DNA from: Candidatus Hydrogenedentota bacterium | GTDB lineage: Bacteria > Hydrogenedentota > Hydrogenedentia > Hydrogenedentales > SLHB01 | Length of the DNA: 57,197 nucleotides | Direction: 5' to 3' | Assembly: GCA_045863335.1 (NCBI GenBank) | Contig: BTVY01000048.1 | Coordinates: 1,395-58,591 of the forward strand | Shown: positions 9,700-20,425 of the stretch, in pieces | Numbering within the stretch: the first letter of the stretch is position 1 | Layout of the letters: every line of letters begins with the position of its first letter | Program-made: the position numbers and the translations under genes | Notes under the pieces: generated by a model | Seen by the model: the letters and a program-made list of their open reading frames with translations, nothing else | Told to the model about the DNA's origin: nothing | Database searches by the model: none

Positions 9700-11628
9700 A
9701 TGAGTTTATCCACCCCGCAAGCCATCCTCAGCGTCCAGAATATCGTGCGCAGTTTCGGCGCGCAGCCGGTGATCCGCGACATCTCGTTGACCATCCACGA
9801 GGGCGACCGCATCGGCCTGATCGGCAGGAACGGCTCCGGCAAATCGACCCTGCTCAAAATCATGGCGGGACTGGACGAGCCGGATTCGGGAATCGTCACG
9901 CGCAAGCTGGGGCTGCGCGTTCACCTGCTGGACCAGCAATGCGCGTTGGATCGCAGTCTTACGGTCGGGCAGGTGCTGGACGGCGCCGCGACGGACGTGC
10001 GCAGGCTCATCGACAAATTCCATCAGCGCATGGAAGAACTCGCCGCCACCTCCGCCGGAACCGCAGCCCATGACAAGCTCGCGGATGAAGTCGCCTTTCT
10101 CCAGCATGAGATGGAGATCGCCGACGCCTGGAACCTCGATGAAGACATCAAGCGCGTGACCATCGCGCTCGACTTGCCGGACCATGGGAGAAAACTCTCG
10201 ACTTTGTCCGGTGGGGAGCTGCGGCGCGTCGATCTCGCTTCCAATTTGGTTCGCCACCCGGACGTGCTGTTTCTCGACGAACCGACCAACCACATCGACG
10301 TGCCCAGCGTGCGCTGGATTGAGGATTTCCTCGCCCGGTACCAGGGAAGCTGCGTGCTCGTCACCCACGACCGGTATTTCCTCGATCGCGTGGTCAATCG
10401 CATTGTCGAACTCGAGCACGGCGGCCTCTACAGTTACCAGGGCAACTACGAACGCTTCCTCGAACTGAAAACCCTGCGGGAAGAGCACGAGGCGCGCACG
10501 GAATCGAATCGCCAGTCCACCATGCGGCGCGAACTCGTCTGGCTCCGGCGCGGCGCCAAGGCCCGCACGACGAAACAGAAAGCGCGCATCGATCGGTACT
10601 ATGCGCTGGAGGACCAAGGCCCGCCCGAACAGCACCGCATGTTCTCTTTCGAGATCCCTCAGCCGGAACGGCTCGGCAAGCAGATCCTCGAAGCCCAGAA
10701 GATCTGGAAGAAGATCGACGAGAAGCCGCTCTTCCGCGATCTCTCGCTCATCATGCAGAAGGACATGCGCGTGGGCATTCTCGGCCCGAACGGCAGCGGG
10801 AAGACCACCCTGCTCCGCGTGCTCATGGGTGAGGAGCCACCCGACCGCGGCCGCATCATCATCGGGGAAAACACGGAATTCCTCTACGTCGATCAGTCCC
10901 ACGAGGAGATCAACCCCGAACACACCATTCTCAAGCACGTGTCCAATGGCGTCAAGGAAATGGACGTCAACGGCCGCCGTGTGCATATCCCTGCCTACCT
11001 GGAAAAATTTCTCTTCGACCGCACCGCGATCATGGCCCCCATGAAACACCTCTCCGGCGGCGAGCGGAACCGGCTCGACCTCGCAAAGAAGCTTCTGAAC
11101 GGCGGGAACTTCCTCGTCTTTGACGAGCCCACCAACGACCTCGACCTCTCCACCCTGCGGGTGCTCGAGGAAGCCATCCTCGCCTTCGACGGCTGCGCCC
11201 TCATCGTCAGCCATGACCGCTACTTCCTCAACCGCGTCTGCACCCACCTCTTTGTCTTCGAAGGCAACGGAGAAGTCGTCTTCATCACCGGCAACTACGA
11301 CGACTACTTGATCTATAAGGAGAGCCACGCACCCCGCTCCACGCCCAAATTCCAAGAGAAAGCCCCACCTCCACGCCCCACACAATCCGCGTCCGGCGCT
11401 CCCCGCAAGCTCACTTGGAAGGAGAAAAAGGAACTGAAAGGAATCGAAGATGCCATCCATACTGCGGAAGCCGAGGTCGTCCGGCTGGAAGAAATGGTGA
11501 ACGATCCTGCGCTGTACCAGCGAGATTACGTTGCGGTACACAAGGCCGTCGAAGAACTGGAACGCGCCCGAGCCGCAGTAGAACAGCTCTACAGCCGGTG
11601 GGAACGCCTGGATTCGTTCGATAAATAG
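9700..11628 (+). CDS. uup: ABC-F family ATPase (Uup-like)
   Basis: Two NBDs (GRNGSGKS, GPNGSGKT, two LSGGE, DEPTN), LRRGAKARTTKQKAR linker, C-terminal coiled coil, no TM segments. Confidence 0.88.
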   Translation: MSLSTPQAILSVQNIVRSFGAQPVIRDISLTIHEGDRIGLIGRNGSGKSTLLKIMAGLDEPDSGIVTRKLGLRVHLLDQQCALDRSLTVGQVLDGAATDVRRLIDKFHQRMEELAATSAGTAAHDKLADEVAFLQHEMEIADAWNLDEDIKRVTIALDLPDHGRKLSTLSGGELRRVDLASNLVRHPDVLFLDEPTNHIDVPSVRWIEDFLARYQGSCVLVTHDRYFLDRVVNRIVELEHGGLYSYQGNYERFLELKTLREEHEARTESNRQSTMRRELVWLRRGAKARTTKQKARIDRYYALEDQGPPEQHRMFSFEIPQPERLGKQILEAQKIWKKIDEKPLFRDLSLIMQKDMRVGILGPNGSGKTTLLRVLMGEEPPDRGRIIIGENTEFLYVDQSHEEINPEHTILKHVSNGVKEMDVNGRRVHIPAYLEKFLFDRTAIMAPMKHLSGGERNRLDLAKKLLNGGNFLVFDEPTNDLDLSTLRVLEEAILAFDGCALIVSHDRYFLNRVCTHLFVFEGNGEVVFITGNYDDYLIYKESHAPRSTPKFQEKAPPPRPTQSASGAPRKLTWKEKKELKGIEDAIHTAEAEVVRLEEMVNDPALYQRDYVAVHKAVEELERARAAVEQLYSRWERLDSFDK

Positions 11629-11830
11629 GTTTGTGTTTTGGATTTGATTAAACTATAGTAAAATAAATAGTTGTCAGTTTTGATTATTGGTTGCTCTTTG
11701 GTGACTAAAAAGACTCATTATGATGAGGATTTTGCTTTGAATCAGTATCAAGATTCGCTTGTGTCCTATGTTGTAAGTAGTTATATATAAATTAGTTGAC
11801 GTATCATTTTCAATGAATGGTCAATTTATT

Positions 11831-11846
11831 TGGCGCGATTTATGCT
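11831..11846 (+). promoter_or_regulatory. Sigma-54 -24/-12 promoter
   Basis: TGGCGC-GATTT-ATGCT with GG-N10-GC spacing, upstream of a PEP-CTERM gene and downstream of an AT-rich tract. Confidence 0.7.
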
Positions 11847-11938
11847 TAAAGCCCCACCAGTTGAACGTGTCCGGGTTCGCAACCTCTTGGTACAGGTACG
11901 CGGGGTACCCGGACAAAATCAGGGAAACGGGGAAGAAG

Positions 11939-12721
11939 ATGACACACCACGCCGCGATTCTACGGTTCGCAGCTCTCACCGTCGCCGGGTTCGCCCTGGC
12001 GGCAACCGGCGCGAACGCGACCATGCTCGAGTTTCAGCTCGTCGACAACCTTGGAGGCTCCCAGAATTCTCCGAGTTGGGGAATGGAAGTCGATGGCGGA
12101 TTCTCCAACTATTCACGTTACGGCTCCTACGGCTCCAACGATTTCTTCAGCTTCCAGAACGGGTCCGGTTCCAGCACCGTGACCATGTCCATCGACACGG
12201 AGACCGGCTGCGTCACCGTTTCCGGTCAGATGCGCCACGGCAGCACGAGCTGGTACGGCACCCGGTACAGCGGGGAAGTCTGGAACTACGAAGCGACCCT
12301 CTGCCTCCTTGGCGACTGGAATCCCCAGGAACTCGAGCAGTGCCTCATGAACGATCCCAGCAGCGTCGGCGACCTGAATTTCTCCATGGAGTCGAGTTCG
12401 TTCCAGCTTGCCAGCGGCTACAACCGTCACAGCGGCTACGAAGGTCCCAAGAGTTGGAACTCCAACTCCAGCACCTACGGCAGCGGCCACCACATGAGTT
12501 GGAATAACGGCGGCCACCACAACAACCGCTACTCCTTCCAGGGTTGGTTCTCGCCCTTCGGCTACAACGGTCCCAAGATGTTCCACGACTTCGGCTGCGA
12601 TTACACGCCGCCCCAATGCCCACCGCCCAGTACGGTCGTCCCCGAGCCGGCATCGCTTTCCCTCATGGGAATCGGCATCGCCGTCCTCGCAAGCCGCCGG
12701 ATGCGCAAACGCGCCAAGTAA
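11939..12721 (+). CDS. PEP-CTERM sorting-domain protein 1
   Basis: Signal peptide (..GANA) and C-terminal VVPEPASLSLMGIGIAVLASRRMRKRAK. Confidence 0.92.
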   Translation: MTHHAAILRFAALTVAGFALAATGANATMLEFQLVDNLGGSQNSPSWGMEVDGGFSNYSRYGSYGSNDFFSFQNGSGSSTVTMSIDTETGCVTVSGQMRHGSTSWYGTRYSGEVWNYEATLCLLGDWNPQELEQCLMNDPSSVGDLNFSMESSSFQLASGYNRHSGYEGPKSWNSNSSTYGSGHHMSWNNGGHHNNRYSFQGWFSPFGYNGPKMFHDFGCDYTPPQCPPPSTVVPEPASLSLMGIGIAVLASRRMRKRAK

Positions 12722-12771
12722 CACCGTTCAGGTACGCGCCCCGTGCGTTCTGATATACAGACCTCCTTTTA

Positions 12772-12805
12772 GTTAGCCCGCCCCGTAGCGGGCTAACGCT
12801 TTTTC
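12772..12805 (+). terminator. Rho-independent terminator
   Basis: GTTAGCCCGC-loop-GCGGGCTAAC followed by a T run. Confidence 0.7.
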
Positions 12806-12985
12806 TGCCAGCCTGTCATCGCAGCAATTCTTGCGAACGCAACCCAGCCAACTGAACACATACCGCCCCAGCGTTTCCGCCATTGGCGGCAACGCCGCCC
12901 GTTCCGCTACAATACGCGGCTGGTGCTGGACGGCTGCGTCCGCGCCGTCGCGTAAGGTCATCTCTCCTGGAGTACGTTCATACCC

Positions 12986-15844
12986 ATGCCGCGCAAGAAG
13001 AGTGCAATTCAGGACGCCATTGTCATCAAGGGCGCCCGCGAACATAACCTGCAGAACCTGAGTCTGAGCATTCCCCGGAACAAGCTCGTCGTAATCACCG
13101 GCCTGAGCGGTTCGGGGAAGTCGAGCCTCGCCTTTGACACCATCTACGCCGAAGGGCAGCGCCGCTACGTCGAAAGCCTCTCCGCGTACGCGCGGCAGTT
13201 CCTGGAGCAGATGGAAAAGCCCGATGTGGACTACATCGAAGGGCTGAGCCCGGCCATCTCCATCGAGCAGAAGACGACCCATCGCAATCCGCGCTCGACC
13301 GTGGGCACCGTCACCGAGGTCTACGACTACCTCCGGCTCCTCTTCGCGCGCGTCGGCAAACCGCATTGTTACAACTGCGGCAACCCCATCGAGGCGCAGA
13401 CGCCCCAGCAGATCGTCGACGGCATCCAGGCGCTTCCTTCCGGCACGAAGGTGCAACTCCTCGCGCCCATCATCCGCCAGAGGAAAGGCACCTACCAGAA
13501 AGTCTTCGAAGACGTGAAGCGCCAGGGTTTCACCCGCGTGCGCGTGAACGGCGAGTTCCGCACCGTCGACGAGAAGATCGATCTCGAACGCTACGTCAAA
13601 CACGACATCGACGTGGTCGTCGATCGCCTCGTGGTCAAGGAAGGCATCGGCCGCCGCCTGACCGACAGCGTCGAGACGGCATTGAAACTCGCCGGCGGCG
13701 TCATTCGCATCTGGCAGGAGTCGCCCGACAGGAAGGTCCGCGAGACGCTCCAGAGCGAGCACTTCGCCTGCGTCGACTGCGGGATCAGTTTCGAAGAACT
13801 CGCGCCGCGCATGTTTTCGTTCAACAACCCACACGGGGCCTGCCCCCAATGCACCGGTCTCGGCACGACCATCGAGGTCGATCCCGAACTCGTTGTGCCC
13901 GATGAAGATCTCTCCATCGACGACGGCGCGGTGCGGCCCTGGTCGATCCGCCGCGTGCTTGACGCCATGTACCGGCGCGCGTTGAAGTGCGTGACGAAGC
14001 ACTACAAGCAGGACATCTACACGCCCTGGCGCAAACTGCCCGACGACTTTAAAGACATCGTTCTCTACGGGTCCCGTGGCGAGTCCGTCGATTTCTCCTA
14101 CTCCAACGCACGCAAAACCGTCGAGATGTGGCGGCCCTTCGAAGGCGTCATCCCGAATCTCGAACGGCGCTACAAGGAAACCGAAAGCGCCAAGGCCCGC
14201 GAGATGATCGGCCAGTTCATGTCCACGAAGCCCTGCCCGTCCTGCAAAGGCGCGCGGCTCCGTCCTGAATCCATCGCGGTTACCATCGACGGACATTCCA
14301 TCCTCGAAGTCACCGCCATGTCCATCGGCGAAGCCTTGAAGTACTTCAACGGTCTCAAACTCTCCAAGACCGAGCGCATGATCGCGGAGCGCATTCTGAA
14401 AGAAATCCGGGAACGCCTCGGCTTTCTCGTCAATGTGGGTCTCGACTACCTCTCCCTCGAACGCAACGCCGGGACCCTTTCGGGCGGCGAATCCCAGCGC
14501 ATCCGTCTCGCCACGCAGATCGGCGCGGGGCTCATGGGCGTCTTGTATGTCCTCGACGAACCCAGCATCGGCCTCCACCAGCGCGACAACCAGAAACTCA
14601 TCGCAACGCTCACGCGCCTGCGTGATCTCGGCAATACCGTGATCGTCGTCGAGCATGACGAGGAAACGATCCGCACCGCGGACTACGTGCTCGACCTCGG
14701 CCCCGGCGCGGGGGTTCACGGCGGCAAGGTGGTCGCCCAAGGCACGCCAAGCCAGATCATGCGCTCGAAAGACTCCTGGACCGGCAAATTTTTGAAGGGC
14801 ACCTTTCAAATCCGCGTGCCCAAGAAGCGCCGCGAGTCGAATGGAAATTCGCTAACGATCATCGGTGCCCAACACAACAACCTCAAGAAGGTTGACGTGG
14901 AGATCCCCCTGGGCATCTTCACCTGCATTACCGGCGTCTCCGGATCCGGAAAGTCGAGTCTCATCAACGAAACGCTCTATCCCGCGGCGCAGCGCGCCGT
15001 CTATGAATCGGTCCGCGCCCGGCCCGGCAAACACGAACGCATCGAAGGCCTCGAACACATCGACAAGGTCATCGACATCGACCAGTCGCCCATCGGCCGC
15101 ACGCCGCGCTCCAATCCCGCAACCTATACGGGGTTGTTCTCGCCGATCCGCGAGATCTTCAGCAAGATCCCCGAAGCCCGCGCGCGCGCCTACAAACCCG
15201 GCCGCTTCAGCTTCAATGTCAAGGGCGGACGCTGCGAGACCTGCGAAGGCGATGGCGTCATCCGCATCGAGATGCATTTCCTTCCCGACGTATACGTCCC
15301 CTGCGAGGACTGCAAAGGGCAACGCTACAACCGCGACACGCTGGAGATTCGCTACAAAGGCAAGAACATCTTCGAGGTCCTCGATATGACCGTCGAAGAA
15401 GGCTGCGAGTTCTTCCGCAACATTCCCGCCGTCGCGCCCAAACTCCACACGCTGAACGACGTGGGTCTCGGCTACATCAAACTTGGCCAGGCCGCGACCA
15501 CCCTGTCGGGCGGCGAAGCGCAACGCGTGAAGCTCGCCACCGAACTTTCAAAGCGCCAGACCGGACGCACGCTCTATATCCTCGACGAACCCACCACCGG
15601 CCTTCACGCCGTCGATGTGGATAAGCTCCTCCACGTCCTGCATCGTCTCGTCGACAGCGGCAACACGGTCCTTGTCATCGAGCATAACCTCGACGTGATC
15701 AAGACCGCCGACTGGATCATCGATCTCGGACCCGAAGGCGGCGACGCGGGCGGGCAGGTTATCGCAACCGGTACCCCGGAATCGGTGGCGCGCGTCAAGT
15801 CCTCCTACACCGGCCAGCACCTGAAACAGACCCTCCTTTCGTGA
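12986..15844 (+). CDS. uvrA: Excinuclease ABC subunit A
   Basis: [35 protein letters not shown], zinc fingers, second [11 protein letters not shown]. Confidence 0.98.
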   Translation: MPRKKSAIQDAIVIKGAREHNLQNLSLSIPRNKLVVITGLSGSGKSSLAFDTIYAEGQRRYVESLSAYARQFLEQMEKPDVDYIEGLSPAISIEQKTTHRNPRSTVGTVTEVYDYLRLLFARVGKPHCYNCGNPIEAQTPQQIVDGIQALPSGTKVQLLAPIIRQRKGTYQKVFEDVKRQGFTRVRVNGEFRTVDEKIDLERYVKHDIDVVVDRLVVKEGIGRRLTDSVETALKLAGGVIRIWQESPDRKVRETLQSEHFACVDCGISFEELAPRMFSFNNPHGACPQCTGLGTTIEVDPELVVPDEDLSIDDGAVRPWSIRRVLDAMYRRALKCVTKHYKQDIYTPWRKLPDDFKDIVLYGSRGESVDFSYSNARKTVEMWRPFEGVIPNLERRYKETESAKAREMIGQFMSTKPCPSCKGARLRPESIAVTIDGHSILEVTAMSIGEALKYFNGLKLSKTERMIAERILKEIRERLGFLVNVGLDYLSLERNAGTLSGGESQRIRLATQIGAGLMGVLYVLDEPSIGLHQRDNQKLIATLTRLRDLGNTVIVVEHDEETIRTADYVLDLGPGAGVHGGKVVAQGTPSQIMRSKDSWTGKFLKGTFQIRVPKKRRESNGNSLTIIGAQHNNLKKVDVEIPLGIFTCITGVSGSGKSSLINETLYPAAQRAVYESVRARPGKHERIEGLEHIDKVIDIDQSPIGRTPRSNPATYTGLFSPIREIFSKIPEARARAYKPGRFSFNVKGGRCETCEGDGVIRIEMHFLPDVYVPCEDCKGQRYNRDTLEIRYKGKNIFEVLDMTVEEGCEFFRNIPAVAPKLHTLNDVGLGYIKLGQAATTLSGGEAQRVKLATELSKRQTGRTLYILDEPTTGLHAVDVDKLLHVLHRLVDSGNTVLVIEHNLDVIKTADWIIDLGPEGGDAGGQVIATGTPESVARVKSSYTGQHLKQTLLS

Positions 15845-16088
15845 TAGGTGGGCACCTCGCCTGGACGTGTAATTAGGGTAATTTCTGCTTAAACGGAAGC
15901 TCGTCGAGTCTCATTTGTTGTCAGGCCTGACAAACAAGGTGTCGAGCGCGGTTGCATTTTGCGCTCCATTGTCTGGTTTTTCGTTTTTGAACTGAGTTCA
16001 GAATAGTTCAGTTTATTCGGCTACTCCTCACCTAAGCTATTGGTACTAACAAAATGCCAGTTTGAACGTTTCAGGGCCTGCCTCAACT

Positions 16089-16104
16089 TGGCATAAATAC
16101 TGCT
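16089..16104 (+). promoter_or_regulatory. Sigma-54 -24/-12 promoter
   Basis: TGGCAT-AAATA-CTGCT upstream of PEP-CTERM gene 2. Confidence 0.72.
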
Positions 16105-16209
16105 CCCAATAACCCGATTCGCTCTTGGCTGCGAATGGATGCTTGGGTTGGCCACGCACAGAAGAACCTCCACAGGGGAGAGCTGTGTCGATCAAAGGAG
16201 GAGGATTTG

Positions 16210-16977
16210 ATGAACCGGAACTTCGGTAGTGGAAAGGGAATCCTGGCGGCCGCCCTCGGCGTCCTGATTCTCGCAATTGCGCCTTCGGCCGGCGCGACCC
16301 TCATCGGGTTCGAACTTGCCGATCACCCCGATGGAAACGAGCGGCCCCCGCTGTACGGTTTGCGCCTCGACGACGGCGACTCCACCAACGGGCCGGTCAA
16401 TACCTTCAGCTTCGAAGACGGAAGCGGAAACAGTACCATGTCGATGACCATCGACACGGTCACGGGCGTCATGACCATCTCCGGCACCATGCGCCACAGC
16501 AACAGCAACACGGGCGGCAACGATTTCAGCGGTGAAATCTGGACGCTGAACGCGTCCATGCAGTTACTGGGCACATGGAATCCGGCTACCCTGGAAGACA
16601 CGCTGCTCAACAACCCGAGCGCCATCGGCACCCTTGTATTCGACACCGGCTCTGTATCCCTGGCTCTCGACAGTGGATTCAGCGCGACCGAAGGTTACAT
16701 GGGGCCGACGAACTGGACTGGGAAAGCCAACGGGTCGGGCGACGAGTTCTATCTGCAGTGGAACCATCGCACGAATGATGACGTGCTCACAGGCAACGGC
16801 TGGCTCATGCCGGTATCCGGGCCCATGAACGGCACCTCCCACGACTTTCTGTTCACCATCGTGCCCGGTTCCGGCACGCCGAAGACGGTCGTCCCCGAGC
16901 CTGCGACCCTGTCGTTGCTCGGACTGGGGCTTGCATCCCTGGCAGTGCGCCGCGTCCGCCGCAAGCGTACGCAATAG
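16210..16977 (+). CDS. PEP-CTERM sorting-domain protein 2 (paralog of protein 1)
   Basis: AAGGAGGAGG RBS, signal peptide, VVPEPATLSLLGLGLASLAVRRVRRKR tail. Confidence 0.93.
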   Translation: MNRNFGSGKGILAAALGVLILAIAPSAGATLIGFELADHPDGNERPPLYGLRLDDGDSTNGPVNTFSFEDGSGNSTMSMTIDTVTGVMTISGTMRHSNSNTGGNDFSGEIWTLNASMQLLGTWNPATLEDTLLNNPSAIGTLVFDTGSVSLALDSGFSATEGYMGPTNWTGKANGSGDEFYLQWNHRTNDDVLTGNGWLMPVSGPMNGTSHDFLFTIVPGSGTPKTVVPEPATLSLLGLGLASLAVRRVRRKRTQ

Positions 16978-17230
16978 TTGAACTGACGCATTAACAGCCC
17001 TCTAAGCAGGGGCAAGGCCGGTCCGTCCGCAAAACTTGGCTGGTCTTGCTCCTGTTCCTCTTTTTCCCCTCCGAAAAGAATGCCTCTCGAGTTGTTCTTG
17101 ACGAATTCCACCATCCGGGATATCGTACGTCCATTCGCGCCCTGCGACCTGCGGAGCCGTTTTTGAACCAGAACTGCAGGCATCTCCAGCAGGTTTCATC
17201 TTGCCAGAAGGCTACTTGAGGTGGTGCGCC

Positions 17231-17617
17231 GTGAGGATCAGGATTCAATCGAAATCAGTGGTCCTGGTTGGCCGACTGTATGACACGGTCGCCGCTCGGG
17301 CCATCGTCGCGAGTCTCCCGTACTCGTCGGAAGCGAGTATCTGGGGTGACGAGGTGTACTTCTCGCTTCCTGCTACGGGCATGTCCCTTGAGGACGACGC
17401 CAGCGACGTGGTGAAGCCGGGCACCATCTGCTATTGGGTGCAAGGGTCCTCGCTGACGTTACCCTATGGCCCGACGCCAGTGTCGGTCGAAGAGGAATGC
17501 CGCCTGGTTACCGCGGTAAATCGGGTGGGGGAGCTTGAAGGCGACCCGCGACGACTGGCACAAATTGCCGCGGGCGACATGGTGACGGTCTCCTTAATCG
17601 GTGCGGATGCCGGTTGA
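17231..17617 (+). CDS. Cyclophilin-like fold protein (TM1367/DUF369-like)
   Basis: WGDEVYF, GTICYW and YGPTPVS motifs; GAGG RBS before the GTG. Confidence 0.8.
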   Translation: MRIRIQSKSVVLVGRLYDTVAARAIVASLPYSSEASIWGDEVYFSLPATGMSLEDDASDVVKPGTICYWVQGSSLTLPYGPTPVSVEEECRLVTAVNRVGELEGDPRRLAQIAAGDMVTVSLIGADAG

Positions 17618-17633
17618 CGGGCGGCTCATGAGA

Positions 17634-17674
17634 CACGAAAAAGGGCCGTCGGTTATCGATGGCCCTTTTTCGTG
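17634..17674. terminator. Bidirectional terminator between convergent genes
   Basis: AAAAAGGGCC(GTCG)-loop-(CGAT)GGCCCTTTTT. Confidence 0.85.
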
Positions 17675-17703
17675 TGTAGGGTGTGCGAAGGAAGACGAGT
17701 TGC

Positions 17704-18465
17704 TTAAGACTTTCGATTTCGCTTCCAACGCCGCGCGGCGAGACCGGCCAGGCCCAGGCCCAAAAGGCTGATCGTGGCCGGTTCCGGAACGATGACGCGC
17801 AGATTCGGATCGCTCAGGCTGGTGCCGTATTGAAAACTCACGTTGGAAATGTCGTTCACATCGAGGTTGAGTCCAGTGATGTCGAACGTAAAAACAACGG
17901 CGCTCGAGATGAAGGCCGTGCTGCCATTCGTGAGCGGCGGGTTGCCTCCCGTTGTGCCGGATGGCGGTACGATTCCGTATTGCATCCCGTTAACCGCATT
18001 CGGCCCTTGAAGGTTTGCGCCGCTGAAGTTGGCATCACCAAATAGCGGACTAAGACCGCTCGCGCTGATTCCGTGGCCTGCCCCGCCGGGCGCTCCAGAC
18101 AGGGAGCCTTCGTAGCGGAACTCGCCGCCGACGTTTCCGCCGTCTGTTCCATTGCCGCTGGGGGGAAAGAGAACGGAGCTACCCGCGGCGAGTGTGGCCG
18201 TCTGCTGCGTTAACGATGGGGCGCCTGCCCAGTCGAAAAACACGGCCTGCAGCACATCCGCCGGGATCAAGGCCGGGCCGCTGGCGGTGTTGGATAGCGT
18301 AATTGTCAATGTGTTTCCGCTGGTCTCGAACTTTACGGATGCCGCCAAGGCATTGCCCTCGGCGCCAGTACCCGATGCCGAGTACGTGACCATGTCTGCC
18401 ATCGCCGGAAATGTCATGACAGCACAAGCAGCAAATCCGACTGCACTTCGTTTAAGCCGATTCAT
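17704..18465 (-). CDS. PEP-CTERM sorting-domain protein 3 (resembles XDD4-type exosortase targets)
   Basis: Signal peptide (..PAMA), LTITLSNT..DVLQAVFFD, VSFQYGT and IVPEPATISLLGLGLAGLAARRWKR. Confidence 0.92.
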   Translation of the reverse strand: MNRLKRSAVGFAACAVMTFPAMADMVTYSASGTGAEGNALAASVKFETSGNTLTITLSNTASGPALIPADVLQAVFFDWAGAPSLTQQTATLAAGSSVLFPPSGNGTDGGNVGGEFRYEGSLSGAPGGAGHGISASGLSPLFGDANFSGANLQGPNAVNGMQYGIVPPSGTTGGNPPLTNGSTAFISSAVVFTFDITGLNLDVNDISNVSFQYGTSLSDPNLRVIVPEPATISLLGLGLAGLAARRWKRNRKS

Positions 18466-18575
18466 TAAACCTCGCTCTCCTATTTCGATTGTTATGCGGT
18501 GGTAGCGCTCGCCAATTAATCGACTTTGTCGCAATTGAATTCTCGGCGCGGTCCACCGTGGCAGTGCAGTTTCAA

Positions 18576-18591
18576 TGCAAGAACGCTGCCA
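18576..18591 (-). promoter_or_regulatory. Sigma-54 -24/-12 promoter
   Basis: Minus strand TGGCAG-CGTTC-TTGCA, close to consensus. Confidence 0.78.
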
Positions 18592-19035
18592 AGTCGTGGC
18601 ACAAGGTGAAGTCTATCGTGCGAAGCTTGCGAGGAGACCGCAAATTCGGGCGAGAATAATCTCTTAATGTGTTATACTGTAAGTACTTGGGTGATTTTGT
18701 CGGATTGGGTTCGTATGAGCCGAGGTAGTCGACAATCCTTTGGGAATATCAGCAAGAATTGATTGTAAAAGAAGATAATTATTTCTTTTGTGAATAAGAA
18801 AGTTTCAAAAGTGAATCAATAGCGTACTCTTCTTTTCTTATTTGTTCGCTCCAGGCACTTGTAAACGCCCTATCGGCAAACCATCCGAACGCCAACCAGT
18901 CTGACGGGACTCTGGTCGAATAAACCTATTCCTACGAACCGCTTGTTTGCACTACACCGTTTCTAGCTGCTACACTCAATCAATTAGTGGGTCCGCGAAC
19001 TGGCGACCGCAGGTCGCGCAACTGAGATCGAGGCC

Positions 19036-19530
19036 ATGCGCGCGTACCTGAGTCTTGGAAGTAATCTCGGGGACCGCCGGGCCAATCTTCGCAAGGCCCT
19101 GGACTCGCTCTCGGCGCGATCAGACTGCGAAGTGGTCGGTGAATCGCGGACCTACGAAACCGAGCCGGTCGGTGTCATTGACCAGCCTCCGTTTCTCAAC
19201 ATGGCCGTGGAAATCGAGACGGATTTGACGCCGCTTGAACTTCTCCGGGCACTGAAAGAGATGGAGGCGGCACTGGGCCGGGAGTCCCGCGCGCGTTGGG
19301 GACCCCGACTCATCGACATTGATATCGTGCTGTTCGAAGATCGGGTCATGGAGTCAACGGAACTGACGATTCCCCATCCCGAATTTCGTCACCGGGCCTT
19401 TGTCCTGCACCCGCTCGCGGAGATCGCGGGCGAGGCAATCGATCCGGTAACCGGGAAGACGGTTCGTGAGTTGAAGGAGCGCTGTTCGGACGCGAGTTGG
19501 ATTCGCGTCGTTGATAGTGACTCCCCGTGA
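19036..19530 (+). CDS. folK: 2-amino-4-hydroxy-6-hydroxymethyldihydropteridine diphosphokinase
   Basis: LSLGSNLGDR, WGPRLIDIDI and IPHPE motifs. Confidence 0.96.
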   Translation: MRAYLSLGSNLGDRRANLRKALDSLSARSDCEVVGESRTYETEPVGVIDQPPFLNMAVEIETDLTPLELLRALKEMEAALGRESRARWGPRLIDIDIVLFEDRVMESTELTIPHPEFRHRAFVLHPLAEIAGEAIDPVTGKTVRELKERCSDASWIRVVDSDSP

Positions 19531-19627
19531 AGTGACAACGCGCAACATTTTGGACCACTGAACCGCTCCGCTTGGAGCCCACAAGGGACCGGGACGGGAA
19601 CGTCACGGTTCAGGAGGACCGGCTAGA

Positions 19628-20425
19628 ATGGCACGCGTCACCGCTGTGTCGCTGCGCGACCGTAAGAAGGCCGGCGATAAGATCGCCGTCCTTACAGCCT
19701 ACGATTATCCCACCGCCAGACTCATGGATGACGCGGGCGTCGATGCCCTGCTCGTCGGCGATTCCTGTGGCATGGTCGTCATGGGGCATTCCAATACCTT
19801 GCCGGTAACCATGGACCACATGGTGTATCACACGTCCATGGTATCCCGCGCGACGAAGAACGCACTCGTGATCGGCGACCTTCCGTTTCTCTCCTACCAG
19901 ATTGGCCCGGACGAAGCATTACGCAACGCGGGGCGACTCGTTACCGAGGGCGGCGCCCAGGCGGTGAAGCTGGAAGGTCCGGCGTCGAAGTTCGGACCCG
20001 CCATCACGGCCATACTTAACGCCGGAATCCCCGTGATGGGACACATCGGACTCACGCCGCAGTCCATCCACCAGATCGGCGGTTACAAGATCCAGGGCCG
20101 CGACGCCGACGGCAAGAAGCGCCTGCTGGAAGAGGCGCGCGGCTTGGAAGAGGCGGGCTGTTTCGCGCTCGTGTTGGAATGCATCCCGTCCGCGCTGGCC
20201 GCCGAGATCACCGCGCAGCTTTCCATCCCCACCATCGGCATCGGCGCGGGACCCGATTGCGACGGGCAGGTGCTGGTCATGCACGACCTGATCGGCATGG
20301 GCAAATACACCAAGTTCGCCAAAGTCTATTGCGACGCCTCGGCCATGTTGTCCAAGGCGTTTGCGGAATACGTGGAAGAGGTCAAATCTCGCGCTTTTCC
20401 CACGAAGGGACACTCGTTCGAATGA
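19628..20425 (+). CDS. panB: 3-methyl-2-oxobutanoate hydroxymethyltransferase
   Basis: LTAYDY, LVGDS, GHIGLTPQS and GIGAG..CDGQVLV motifs. Confidence 0.97.
   Translation: MARVTAVSLRDRKKAGDKIAVLTAYDYPTARLMDDAGVDALLVGDSCGMVVMGHSNTLPVTMDHMVYHTSMVSRATKNALVIGDLPFLSYQIGPDEALRNAGRLVTEGGAQAVKLEGPASKFGPAITAILNAGIPVMGHIGLTPQSIHQIGGYKIQGRDADGKKRLLEEARGLEEAGCFALVLECIPSALAAEITAQLSIPTIGIGAGPDCDGQVLVMHDLIGMGKYTKFAKVYCDASAMLSKAFAEYVEEVKSRAFPTKGHSFE

Noticed and set aside
9706-11541. 611-aa antisense ORF over uup
   Set aside because: Shadow ORF caused by high-GC3 codon bias; no recognisable motifs.
12806-12985. LexA box upstream of uvrA
   Set aside because: No match to an SOS-box consensus that I can support.
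12773-14809. 678-aa antisense ORF over uvrA
   Set aside because: Shadow of a conserved gene.
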